Origin: Gekko japonicus
Taxonomy: Eukaryota
DNA length: 64,000 nt
Assembly: GCF_001447785.1 (NCBI RefSeq)
Contig: NW_015161963.1
Coordinates: forward strand, 781,600 to 845,599
Reading direction: 5' to 3'
Under the pieces are notes generated by a model, which made no database searches, was not told the DNA's origin, and saw only the letters and a program-made list of their open reading frames with translations. Positions 63,874 through 64,000 of this stretch are shown piece after piece. Position 1 is the first letter of the stretch. Every line of letters begins with the position of its first letter. A program made the translations under genes and the position numbers.

Positions 63874-64000
63874 CTGGAAAGAAACAGGAGAGGCACATGT
63901 TCAGAAGGACCACCCACGCACCCTTCCCTCTGCTGAGCGGCCTGACATGGTGAGGGACAAACTGTACAGTACTGTGACAGAACATAAGCGCTGCTTGCTG

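Overview
Eukaryotic (vertebrate) genomic DNA, most likely a gecko or other squamate judging from its Sauria-type, Squam3-type and 5S-derived SINEs. It comes from a draft assembly with five N-gaps. Four multi-exon genes were reconstructed by hand from GT-AG splice sites and reading-frame continuity: a TMEM17 paralogue (+, 4 exons, 188 aa), P2RX6 (-, 12 exons, ~387 aa), LRRC74B (+, 10 exons, ~433 aa, exon 6 present twice) and the last three coding exons of SLC7A4 (-). This is the neighbourhood syntenic with human 22q11.21. Introns are dense with TEs: several hAT MITE families with 8-bp TSDs, foldback MITEs, CR1, L1, Rex1-like and Penelope remnants, a Copia remnant and LTRs. The most unusual structure is a 5'-only CDC42EP1 gene fragment with no poly(A) tail and its own 10-bp TSD, nested inside a Sauria SINE that has a 14-bp TSD. 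Also notable: an RFX X-box whose central ATG opens a uORF overlapping the LRRC74B start codon (TGATG), a P2X6 with a charged N-terminus, and tandem duplicates that show filled and empty TE insertion sites side by side. Gene and TE family names come from recognising motifs by eye, not from database searches.
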